64,000 nt of DNA, taken from assembly GCA_958295855.1 (NCBI GenBank), contig OY282383.1:252481-316480 (forward strand), written 5' to 3'. Shown piece by piece: positions 10,106 through 18,360 of the stretch. Source of the DNA: an uncultured Poribacteria bacterium. Lineage in GTDB: Bacteria > Poribacteria > WGA-4E > WGA-3G. The position numbers were made by a program, and so were the translations under genes. Numbering within the stretch: position 1 is the first letter of the stretch; the number at the start of each line of letters is the position of its first letter. The notes below the pieces were generated by a model. The model worked only from the letters and a program-made list of their open reading frames with translations. It ran no database searches and was not told the origin of the DNA.

Positions 10106-11821
10106 ATGAAGCCAATTCAGTTTTTGAGTCTACTCTGTTTGCTAATCGCGCTGCCCATTGTAGGGGTAGTGCCTTGTGCCTACCCTGCCGATATGAACGT
10201 CTTATGGGTTCGGGCGGGGGCAGTGCTCGAAACAGAACATAAACACAACGGTGAACCCAAAATCAACGTTGCAACCATATCTGAAGGGACAACACAAGCA
10301 TTAACAAATACACCAACAATCCAGCGGCTTGATGCGAAGCGTGTGCTGTTGCAATTTGCATGGCAGCCCAACCAAGCCTATCGGTTTCGCATAAATAATG
10401 CCGTAACAGCGGCGACCGCGCCGCTTAAACCGCTCCCGTATCTCATTCGCACAGTCGAATTAGATGGGCTTCTATCGCTCCTCGAAAATCTGCGGCAGCC
10501 CGCGAAACCAACAGCGATTACCCTAGGGCAAAGTAGCACGCACCCCCCGCGGGTTTCCGTACACAGCCGTCCACAAAATGCCCAGAAACTCGCCATCGCA
10601 ACCGACACCGGGCACCTCGCGATTCTCAATCCGCTCACAGGCGAAACGCTTTGGAACACCCGCATCTCGGAAGGCTACGTCAAGCATCTCGCATTTAACC
10701 ACGATAACACCATCCTCTACATTGGGGAACAGGCAGCGGACGGATTTATCTATGCTTATGCTCTGTCGCAGTCTAAACCAGTACTGCTCTGGAAATACCG
10801 CACCGCCGACGACATTGAAACCTCCACACCGAGTGACCCGGGCAGCGTCTACGCTTATGTTAGTTACCCCGGCGCAGCGTGCATCCGAGTCCTGCCCAAC
10901 GGTGATGCCCTCGTCGCCAGCGTGCATTCGTGGACACACAACGGCACGCCACAGCGGAAGTCACAACTCTACCGGTTTAACGGAAAAACAGGCGATGTAG
11001 CATGGAAATGGCCCAGCGAGGGCGCGTCGCCGAAGGTGCTGCGTTGGTTTGACATAAGTGCTGATGGAAAAACGCTGTCCCTGTTAACAGACAACAGCGG
11101 CAAGGGCAACGGCAGACTCAGCGTTCTTGATGTCGACTCCGGCACAGAACAATGGCACGCCAGTTTTGAACCGCTCACGCCCTATTTTGAAGGTGTTAGC
11201 TTTTGGCGCGGTGTTAGCATGGCACCCGATGGTAAGTTCATCAACGTTACAACGGACGACGGACGTGCCTTCATCTTTGACGCGACTGATTCCGAACCGA
11301 TTTGGCATGAAAACTTGGCGACACCGCTCGAGGTCAGCGGCGTGCCGATTATCGCCACAACTGGCACTATTGGTGCGACAGATGCTGCCGCGCTCTTTGT
11401 CACGGGCGATACATACATCCCCTATCATCTCCAGCAGGGCGCGCAACGTCCTTCCACCGCGCACCCGAACGGGATGACGCTATTCGCCTACTCATGGCGT
11501 GGCGAAAAGGCCTGGCAGTGGAAACTAGAGAATATGCCGCAAGGCTTACGCATTGATGCGAAAGGGCGTTATGCTGCGTTGGCTGTCTCCAAGCGGAGCC
11601 AAAACCCGAACGAGAGTCTACACGGCGTTTCCGTGTTTGACCTGACAGCAGAAGGTAGTGGCTTGGCAAAATACCTCTACACCTACCGTACGGAAGGGCA
11701 ACTCCCCTACGATACGCTTGCCATCAGTGCGGATGGCACGCTCATCGCCATCGTTGAGAGGCCGATTGTAATGCCAGATGAGACGGTGCGTGGGAAAAAT
11801 CGGGTGCATGTGCTGTATTGA
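10106..11821 (+). CDS. Secreted PQQ-like/WD40 beta-propeller protein
   Basis: Signal peptide; TGETLW, TGDVAW, SGTEQW, ISADG repeats; GAGG SD. Confidence 0.75.
   Translation: MKPIQFLSLLCLLIALPIVGVVPCAYPADMNVLWVRAGAVLETEHKHNGEPKINVATISEGTTQALTNTPTIQRLDAKRVLLQFAWQPNQAYRFRINNAVTAATAPLKPLPYLIRTVELDGLLSLLENLRQPAKPTAITLGQSSTHPPRVSVHSRPQNAQKLAIATDTGHLAILNPLTGETLWNTRISEGYVKHLAFNHDNTILYIGEQAADGFIYAYALSQSKPVLLWKYRTADDIETSTPSDPGSVYAYVSYPGAACIRVLPNGDALVASVHSWTHNGTPQRKSQLYRFNGKTGDVAWKWPSEGASPKVLRWFDISADGKTLSLLTDNSGKGNGRLSVLDVDSGTEQWHASFEPLTPYFEGVSFWRGVSMAPDGKFINVTTDDGRAFIFDATDSEPIWHENLATPLEVSGVPIIATTGTIGATDAAALFVTGDTYIPYHLQQGAQRPSTAHPNGMTLFAYSWRGEKAWQWKLENMPQGLRIDAKGRYAALAVSKRSQNPNESLHGVSVFDLTAEGSGLAKYLYTYRTEGQLPYDTLAISADGTLIAIVERPIVMPDETVRGKNRVHVLY
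11690..11811 (+). repeat. 122 bp direct repeat, copy 1 (3' end of the beta-propeller gene)
   Basis: Matches 21997-22118 with about 6 mismatches. Confidence 0.92.
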
Positions 11822-11902
11822 TTTTTCGTCATTCCTTGCGGAGAATTGAGAATGCAAGATAGGTATAACAATGCCCTATAAATCTCGTCGGAAGTTTCTG
11901 AT
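11822..11902 (-). repeat. Family-A element abutting the beta-propeller stop codon
   Basis: TCGTCATTCCTTGCGGAG...ATCTCGTCGGAAG. Confidence 0.88.
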
Positions 11903-12070
11903 TAAAGCAATAAGGATATTACCCCCGCTTTGCAGGGGCAAATACAATTCTGTCACCGCCCGCTCTCTTATTTAGTTCGCCCGTAGGAGGGCACCCCGAA
12001 TCCCGATTTATTCCGTGGCGGTGACAAAAAACTGAAACCTAAATAGTCTTAGGAAAACAATGAATCAGCC

Positions 12071-12099
12071 TTGACAAATTCTGCCATTCAATGTATACT
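12071..12099 (+). promoter_or_regulatory. Sigma70-type promoter
   Basis: TTGACA-17 bp-TATACT. Confidence 0.7.
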
Positions 12100-12147
12100 T
12101 ATAGAAAGTACAAATGGCTAACACGCATCCAATTAATAGGAATCAAA

Positions 12148-13374
12148 ATGCAACATTTCACAGATGCAGCGTTGCTACAAATTATTGAAGACGACGAATC
12201 TGATCGCGTTGAGTTCAAGGAGTCTTTGTCTGGCAGTGCTCCGAAAGAAATCAGAGAAGCCATCTGTGCTTTTGCCAACGATTTGCCTCGCTACGAAAAA
12301 CCGGGATTCGTTTTCGTCGGAGTGAGGAAAGACAAAACTATTGTAGGGCTACCGGTTACAGATGAATTGCTCCGACAGTTGGCGGATATGAAAACTGATG
12401 GTAATATTGTGCCCCCGCCATCCCTGACAGTAGAAAAGCGTGTGCTGAAAGGCAAAGAAGTTGCTGTAGTTAAGGTGGAACCAACTGACTCACCGCCAGT
12501 TCGCTTCAAGGGCATTATCCGTATCCGTATCGGGCCTCGCCGAGGCATTGCTACCGCGCAGGATGAAAGGATTCTCAATGAAAAGCGTCGGCACAAAGAT
12601 GCCCCTTTCGACATTCAACCGGTTCTCGCGTCAGACCTATCCGATCTCAACCTAAGCCAATTTGAACACGAATATCTGGTGCAAGCCTTTGACCCTGACA
12701 TATTAGAAGCCAATGAACGCACGCTTGAAGAACGCCTAGCGGTAACGAAAATGATTGCCGCAACTGATGAGCCATTCGTGACTGTGATGGGAATCCTCGT
12801 ACTGGGCAAAAACCCACAAGATTTTCTTCCAGGGGCTTACGTGCAATTTCTCAGAATTGATAATATTCAATTAACAGACGATAGGGATATTCGTGATAGC
12901 GAGGCCATCAGGGGAGCAATCCCTGATATCCTCCGTCGTCTGGACGATAAACTGATAGCACACAATCGCACAGAGGTTGATTTCACGACTAGCCCTGTCG
13001 AACAAAGTACAGCACTTTATCCTATCCCGGCGTTGCAACAAATCATCCGGAATGCTGTTATGCACAGAACTTATGAAGCAACTCATGCACCGGTTCGCGT
13101 GTCATGGTTCAACGACCGCGTTGAAGTTTTAAGCCCCGGCGGTGCTTTTGGCGCAATAACGGTTGAAAATTTCGGGCAGCCCGATTTAACTGATTATCGC
13201 AACCCAAATCTGGCAGAAGCGATGAGAATCCTCGGTTATGTGCAAAAGTTTGGCATAGGAATACAGATAACTAGAAGTCTCCTGAAAAAAGCAGGCCATC
13301 CTGAACCAGAATTTGCAATCCTTGATAATTACGTGCGGGCAACCATAAAACTAGCACGCAAGCAAGAAATTTAA
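12148..13374 (+). CDS. Schlafen/AlbA_2-domain protein fused to a HATPase_c_4-like (RecG C-terminal-like) domain
   Basis: ESDRVEFKES, ICAFAN, FVFVGV; YPIPALQQIIRNAVMHRTY, SPGG, YRNPNLAE, G.G. Confidence 0.85.
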   Translation: MQHFTDAALLQIIEDDESDRVEFKESLSGSAPKEIREAICAFANDLPRYEKPGFVFVGVRKDKTIVGLPVTDELLRQLADMKTDGNIVPPPSLTVEKRVLKGKEVAVVKVEPTDSPPVRFKGIIRIRIGPRRGIATAQDERILNEKRRHKDAPFDIQPVLASDLSDLNLSQFEHEYLVQAFDPDILEANERTLEERLAVTKMIAATDEPFVTVMGILVLGKNPQDFLPGAYVQFLRIDNIQLTDDRDIRDSEAIRGAIPDILRRLDDKLIAHNRTEVDFTTSPVEQSTALYPIPALQQIIRNAVMHRTYEATHAPVRVSWFNDRVEVLSPGGAFGAITVENFGQPDLTDYRNPNLAEAMRILGYVQKFGIGIQITRSLLKKAGHPEPEFAILDNYVRATIKLARKQEI

Positions 13375-13415
13375 GGGTATTTTACCCCTGCTTTGTAGGG
13401 GAAACCGATACCACC

Positions 13416-14438
13416 ATGACAATGCCTATTCCAGTTTTAACTTTCTTCAACAATAAAAGCGGAGTTGGTAAGACATCCCTCGTTTATCATCTCGCGTGGA
13501 TGTTATCCGACATCGGCTATCGAGTACTTGCCTGCGACCTCGACCCACAGGCAAACCTCACTAGTATGTTTATCAATGAGGAACGCCTAGAAGTACTGTG
13601 GCCTGACAGCGGCGCGCGAAAAACTATCTATAATGCCCTCCAACCGCTTTTGGACGGAACGGGAGACATTGAGCCACCTCACTTGGAGAATATAACACAC
13701 GAACGGCTAACGCAAGAATTAAGCCTCATCGTCGGCGACCTCATGCTATCTTCAACCGAAGATGAACTTTCGAGCCAATGGCCGGAGTGTTTGGACCGGC
13801 GTCCCCGTGCCTTCCGCGTCATCTCGGCACTATGGCGAATTTTGCAAAGGGCGGCGAGCGACCGGCAATCCAATATTGTCTTGGTAGATGTGGGGCCCAA
13901 CCTAGGGGCCTTGAATAGGGCGGTGCTAGTCGCTACTGATTACGTTATCGTTCCACTTGGAGCCGACCTATTTTCACTCCAAGGGCTGCGGAATCTCGGC
14001 CCGACGCTACAAGAGTGGCGAAAGGGGTGGCAAGAGAGACGTAGCCGCAACCCTATCCCTGATTTACAGATGCCCAATGGATTGATTCAACCGATTGGCT
14101 ATGTGGTGCAGCAACACGGGATTCGTCTGGAACGTCCAATTAAGGCTTACGACAAGTGGGTTAACCGGATGCCGGCAGAATACGCCCGAAACCTGCTAGG
14201 CAATAACAAGGGCCCTTACGCCAAAACACCGGCAGAAGATAAAGAAAATGCCCTCGCTACTGCCAAGCATTATCGCAGCATCGTCCCGATGGGACAGGAA
14301 GCGCGCAAACCGATTTTCCACCTCACCACGGCCGATGGAGCTATCGGCAGCCACGCTGCTGCTGCCCGCACCGCGTACAAGGATTTCAGGATTTTGTCAG
14401 AAAAGATAATCGACAGAATAGGAATTAGGAAGGCGTAA
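13416..14438 (+). CDS. ParA/Soj-family (AAA_31) ATPase, no ParB partner
   Basis: FFNNKSGVGKT, DLDPQANLT, VDVGPNLGALNRAVL, DLFSLQGL. Confidence 0.85.
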   Translation: MTMPIPVLTFFNNKSGVGKTSLVYHLAWMLSDIGYRVLACDLDPQANLTSMFINEERLEVLWPDSGARKTIYNALQPLLDGTGDIEPPHLENITHERLTQELSLIVGDLMLSSTEDELSSQWPECLDRRPRAFRVISALWRILQRAASDRQSNIVLVDVGPNLGALNRAVLVATDYVIVPLGADLFSLQGLRNLGPTLQEWRKGWQERRSRNPIPDLQMPNGLIQPIGYVVQQHGIRLERPIKAYDKWVNRMPAEYARNLLGNNKGPYAKTPAEDKENALATAKHYRSIVPMGQEARKPIFHLTTADGAIGSHAAAARTAYKDFRILSEKIIDRIGIRKA

Positions 14439-14877
14439 ATATTCCGCAACAAGCGCGTTAATCTATTCGGGCGCGAGCCCTGTGCCTTGCACCACTCTCA
14501 AGCCTTTGCTGTCGATGCAAAAGAGAAACATCAGAAATCTCCGACGAGATCTTCCACTGCGTCACAACTACAGCAGAAACCACCAGAACTAGGCAAGAAC
14601 AAAAGTCTGAATCTCTGTGCTAATTGTCGCCGTTGGGTGCAGCTTCCCACGTTCATATTTTGACAAGGAAGGTTTTCGAAATACATCATCAGGAACCTCC
14701 GACGAGAGCTACCACAACGTCACAACCACAGCAGAAACCACCAGAACTAGGCAAGAACAAAAAATTTGACTGCTAACCAATCCATCAATTGCAGCCTCCA
14801 GGTCCCCGAGGGACGTACCACAGGCAAGTCTAAATCTTCTCAGTCGTTCTCCTAACATGATTGTGATACCCATCAGT

Positions 14878-15111
14878 TTACTTCAAGGAGAGGAAAAGTG
14901 CGATAAGCGCGATAATCGCAGCAGCACAACCTGCAGCGGCACCGACTTTGCCCCACATGGCAGATGCGGCTTCCTCTTTCCCCTCCAGTTTGCCGCGTAT
15001 CCAACCCAACTCTCGACTTACCTGCTGCTTCCACTCTTCCGTTTTCTCTATGAAGTTCTCTGTTTTCTCAATGAAGTTCAAAACGCGTTCTTTGAAGTCC
15101 TCATCAGTCAT
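14878..15111 (-). CDS. 77 aa coiled-coil protein with C-terminal TM helix
   Basis: AGGAG SD before ATG 15111; NFIEKTE tandem; hydrophobic tail AAAIIALIALFLSLK. Confidence 0.65.
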   Translation of the reverse strand: MTDEDFKERVLNFIEKTENFIEKTEEWKQQVSRELGWIRGKLEGKEEAASAMWGKVGAAAGCAAAIIALIALFLSLK

Positions 15112-15398
15112 GATACTTCTCCTGATAACCTTGGGCGGATTGCTTGAATTTGACCGCGGAGCGAATGTGAGACATAAACTCCGCCTGTCTTGCAAGGAAT
15201 TTGGTGTTAGATATACGGTAAACATGAAAAGTGTAGGGGGAGCAAAGGTTTTGTTGTTCCCCCTACCTTTACTGTCTATTCTGTTAGCGTTTCATTGATT
15301 TTACTTGTGTCATTAGTAACCTGACAAATCTAGTTGTTCCTAGGACAGGCAGGTTCGCTAAAAACGACTCTTCCGACAACTTTGGACTAGCCAAATCG

Positions 15399-15965
15399 CT
15401 AAGATTCATCAGTTGTTACAAGCGCTAGTTTGATTAGAAAGGAGAGGACGCTTTCGATATCCTCTGGGCTCACGTCCCAACCATACTCTCCGGCAACCTG
15501 TCGCACCTCTCCTATTGTACTTTTCCCTCTCCAATTGACAATGTAGTGGACTTTTGCCGCGATGGAAAGCTTGTTAAAATCGTTAGAGATCTCCTGGGCG
15601 TTGAGGTTCTGAAGTGTTTTGTCCCATTTCCGGAAGTCAGGTTTTTGCTGGGTAGCCTCCCAGATGTTTTTAGCATCAGGGGTTAGAGAATAAGCGTGCC
15701 TGCGAATTTCTCCGAAAGCGTTTCGTTCAATTGAAGTGGAAGTAAAAGACTCCGTGACTTCATTGAGGACACCATAGTTTACTAGCCCATCTAGGTGCTC
15801 TGCAATGAAACTACTATAAGGTCCGTAATAGTGTGCGGAGAATCCAAAATTTTCTTTAAGCAAAACGCTGAGAAAATAGATTTTCTTTTGGAGGAGGGTT
15901 CTCCCCTGTAAACCTGTCTCTCCTTCCCTCGCAATAACAAGTAGAAGGACATCGACAATGTGCAT
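15399..15965 (-). CDS. YwgA-like / Panacea (DUF4065)-like protein, copy 1
   Basis: GRTLLQKKIYFL...YYGPYS; paralog of 22204-22770; AGGAG SD. Confidence 0.75.
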   Translation of the reverse strand: MHIVDVLLLVIAREGETGLQGRTLLQKKIYFLSVLLKENFGFSAHYYGPYSSFIAEHLDGLVNYGVLNEVTESFTSTSIERNAFGEIRRHAYSLTPDAKNIWEATQQKPDFRKWDKTLQNLNAQEISNDFNKLSIAAKVHYIVNWRGKSTIGEVRQVAGEYGWDVSPEDIESVLSFLIKLALVTTDES

Positions 15966-15976
15966 GTTGTCTCCTT

Positions 15977-16152
15977 TCATGAAGAACGCAAAATTTTCTG
16001 GATTTCGCTTTCCTCTTTTCCTGAGATTGTTTCGTACGGGGCATAGACTTGAATTGTCTCTAAAGCAGAGGTATCGGCGGAGTGTCTTACGAAAAACAGT
16101 TCACTTGCATAATCGCTCATAGCCCTTGGTTCCGACTGATTCTCGTCAAAAA
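15977..16152 (-). pseudogene. Orphan C-terminal fragment of the HD phosphohydrolase
   Basis: FDENQSEPRAMSDYASELFF; 16090-16152 identical to 22919-22981, then a divergent tail. Confidence 0.85.
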
Positions 16153-16189
16153 GGGACAGCATTTGTAGCGTATAGACACATACCTTCCC

Positions 16190-16270
16190 GCCTTAGTCCC
16201 ATAGGGACGGCATGTATATAGAAAACATTCGCTCCTCTTTTTAGCCCCGTAGGGGCGGCATGTATTGGAG
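16190..16270 (+). repeat. REP-like family J (TTAGCCCCGTAGGGGCGGCATGT.TATAG)
   Basis: Related units at ~17985-18120 and ~54372-54445; brackets the ABC-TOPRIM gene. Confidence 0.75.
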
Positions 16271-16316
16271 GTTCAAACCTGAACATCATTTAGAAGCCAA
16301 AAATTTTACACATCCA

Positions 16317-17933
16317 TCACTCACCGAAGATGTCATCATGTAACTCCTCATAGACTGCCATACCAGGTTGAATGAGTGGGGCGAGAATATCTCTCATGAA
16401 ACTGTCTATGTTGTTTCCCATTCGTGATGGCTTGAAAGCCTCTCGCGCAGCGTGGTGGAGGTCTTGAACAATAGATTTCAGATCAGCGGCATCTTTGACA
16501 ACTTTACGCAATTCCTCAATCTTATCGGGCTTGTTTTCCTTTTCACCTAACTTAGTCAGCACCTCATCATCTATCAGGTAACTTTCAATTGTTCGCCGTG
16601 ACAAAGTGCGGATGCCTTTTTGGGCATACCTCTCTTTTGCCGAATCGGTTGCATAATCCCCGTCTCGGAGCCTGACGATTTTCGCCCTTTTCGCAATTGC
16701 CGTTATAACAGGAATCAGATTTGTGTCAGCGTTTTCTACATCTTTTCTGCCCCCGATGGAAACAAAAAGTGTTTCAGGGTGATGCTTCTCAAAAATCTGA
16801 TTATAGCACGCGGCATCAAAGCCTTCGGAAGCATCTTCGATTTTGCCTTCACAGAGAACAATCTGCTCGGGTACCACTAATTCGGAGAGGTCATCAAGGG
16901 TGACTTCATAGATGCGCGCCCAGAGATTTGAATCCGGCGGAGTGGGTATAAGCGTTACAGGTTCGTCGAAGTCGTGCCTATCAAAATTAAGGAAAACGAC
17001 AGATTTCGGACACTTTCGCCAGAGATCTTGCGCCTTGCGCACCATGCCAATGGAATGGGTCGCAATCCAAAGTTGGGACTTGTCAGGAATAAGGTTGTAA
17101 AGTTCCTCAAGGAGTTGTCCCTGAAGTTTCGTGTGCATGTGGGATTCAGGTTCGTCAATGCAAATGATGGTTTCGTCGTATTCAGCCTTTGTGACTATGA
17201 CATCCAGGAGCAGATCTAGTGCCGCCTTTTCCCCGCTGGCGAGATTCTGATATGAAAACCTCTCGCTTGTCCCTTTGTCAAATTGGAAGAATCCTCCGTC
17301 TGCCGGATGTCCCAAGTTCTTTAAAACCAATTTTGGGTCGTTGAATAGTCTACATATTGCGCCGCGGAGTTCGCCAAGAATCTCGTCTTGAAGCTCGGTT
17401 AAACTTTTCCCGTGTTGTCCGATTTCCGAACTACGCTCTAGCCATCGAGATGCTAACCTCCAATAATTTGATACAACAGCCTCATCATTTTCTATCAGGC
17501 TGACAAGCCGACGTTCCTTTAGTGGATTGTCCCTGTTGATGGTATGCGAATGAGTCATCGTATAGTTTCTGTAGGCGGAACGCGCGCTCACGCATTTGTC
17601 CCATTCATAGTCCGAGTACGGGTCTCCTCCGTGGAATTCTACATTTACGCAATCCGATATAAAACCACCTAAGAATCCAAGAAGGCTTTCTGATGGATAA
17701 TCACTAGATTTGACATAGTACTCCAAGATTTGGTAATAGTCATCCGATGTTTTAGTTTCATCTGTTGGAATGGGTGATAAATAGGTATAGAACTTCAGAC
17801 CCTCAAACACCGAGGACTTTCCGCATCCGTTGGGACCTATCATGACCACGAGCTTCGCCGTTTCAGGTAAGCCTTCAATAGTTAGGTCTGTGAAACGTTT
17901 GAAATTTTTCAGTTTAATCGATTTTATCTTCAT
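16317..17933 (-). CDS. ABC/AAA_15 ATPase with C-terminal TOPRIM-like domain (OLD-family-like nuclease)
   Basis: IKLKNFKRF, GPNGCGKSS, LASGEK, IDEPESHMH, IATHS; LCEG...D, GG, RDGD, IESYL; start at ATG 17933 with GGAG SD. Confidence 0.82.
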   Translation of the reverse strand: MKIKSIKLKNFKRFTDLTIEGLPETAKLVVMIGPNGCGKSSVFEGLKFYTYLSPIPTDETKTSDDYYQILEYYVKSSDYPSESLLGFLGGFISDCVNVEFHGGDPYSDYEWDKCVSARSAYRNYTMTHSHTINRDNPLKERRLVSLIENDEAVVSNYWRLASRWLERSSEIGQHGKSLTELQDEILGELRGAICRLFNDPKLVLKNLGHPADGGFFQFDKGTSERFSYQNLASGEKAALDLLLDVIVTKAEYDETIICIDEPESHMHTKLQGQLLEELYNLIPDKSQLWIATHSIGMVRKAQDLWRKCPKSVVFLNFDRHDFDEPVTLIPTPPDSNLWARIYEVTLDDLSELVVPEQIVLCEGKIEDASEGFDAACYNQIFEKHHPETLFVSIGGRKDVENADTNLIPVITAIAKRAKIVRLRDGDYATDSAKERYAQKGIRTLSRRTIESYLIDDEVLTKLGEKENKPDKIEELRKVVKDAADLKSIVQDLHHAAREAFKPSRMGNNIDSFMRDILAPLIQPGMAVYEELHDDIFGE

Positions 17934-18160
17934 ATAATACACTCCTAAACGTTGAATTGGTATGATTGCGGAGGCAACCCCTGTCCAGTCACATACTGCG
18001 CCGCTGGAGCGGAAGAGGGGAGCCTCGGTGCGATGCTCCTCTTTAGCCCTATAAGGGCGACATGTGTATAGTACCGCGGGCCCACCCTCCCCCTTAGCAC
18101 CAGCGGGGGCGACATGTGTCGAATGAAAACCAAAAATTAATGGGAGGATGGAGGTGTTCA

Positions 18161-18272
18161 TTGTCTGAATCGCGGATTACGCAGATTACGCGGATTAACG
18201 CGGAGAAGAGCAGAACCCCTCTTAAAATCCGCGTTTATCCGTGTTATCCGTGATAATCCGCGATTCAGACAA
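18161..18272. repeat. 112 bp palindromic MITE-like element with 19 bp perfect terminal inverted repeats
   Basis: TTGTCTGAATCGCGGATTA ... TAATCCGCGATTCAGACAA; internal 9-mer CGC(G/A)GATTA repeats. Confidence 0.85.
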
Positions 18273-18360
18273 AAAAATAATCCGCGCTCGCAACTCAGAA
18301 ATAAGGAAAACGCGCGACTCCCACACACCTACATCCCTGCATCCCGATACGTCCACTTAA

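Noticed and set aside
17934..18161. Long N-terminal extensions in the ORF track (ABC-TOPRIM; also panB, 6206, 35284, 47719, murC, mraY, ddl)
   Set aside because: Extensions run through repeats; better starts, mostly with SD, lie downstream
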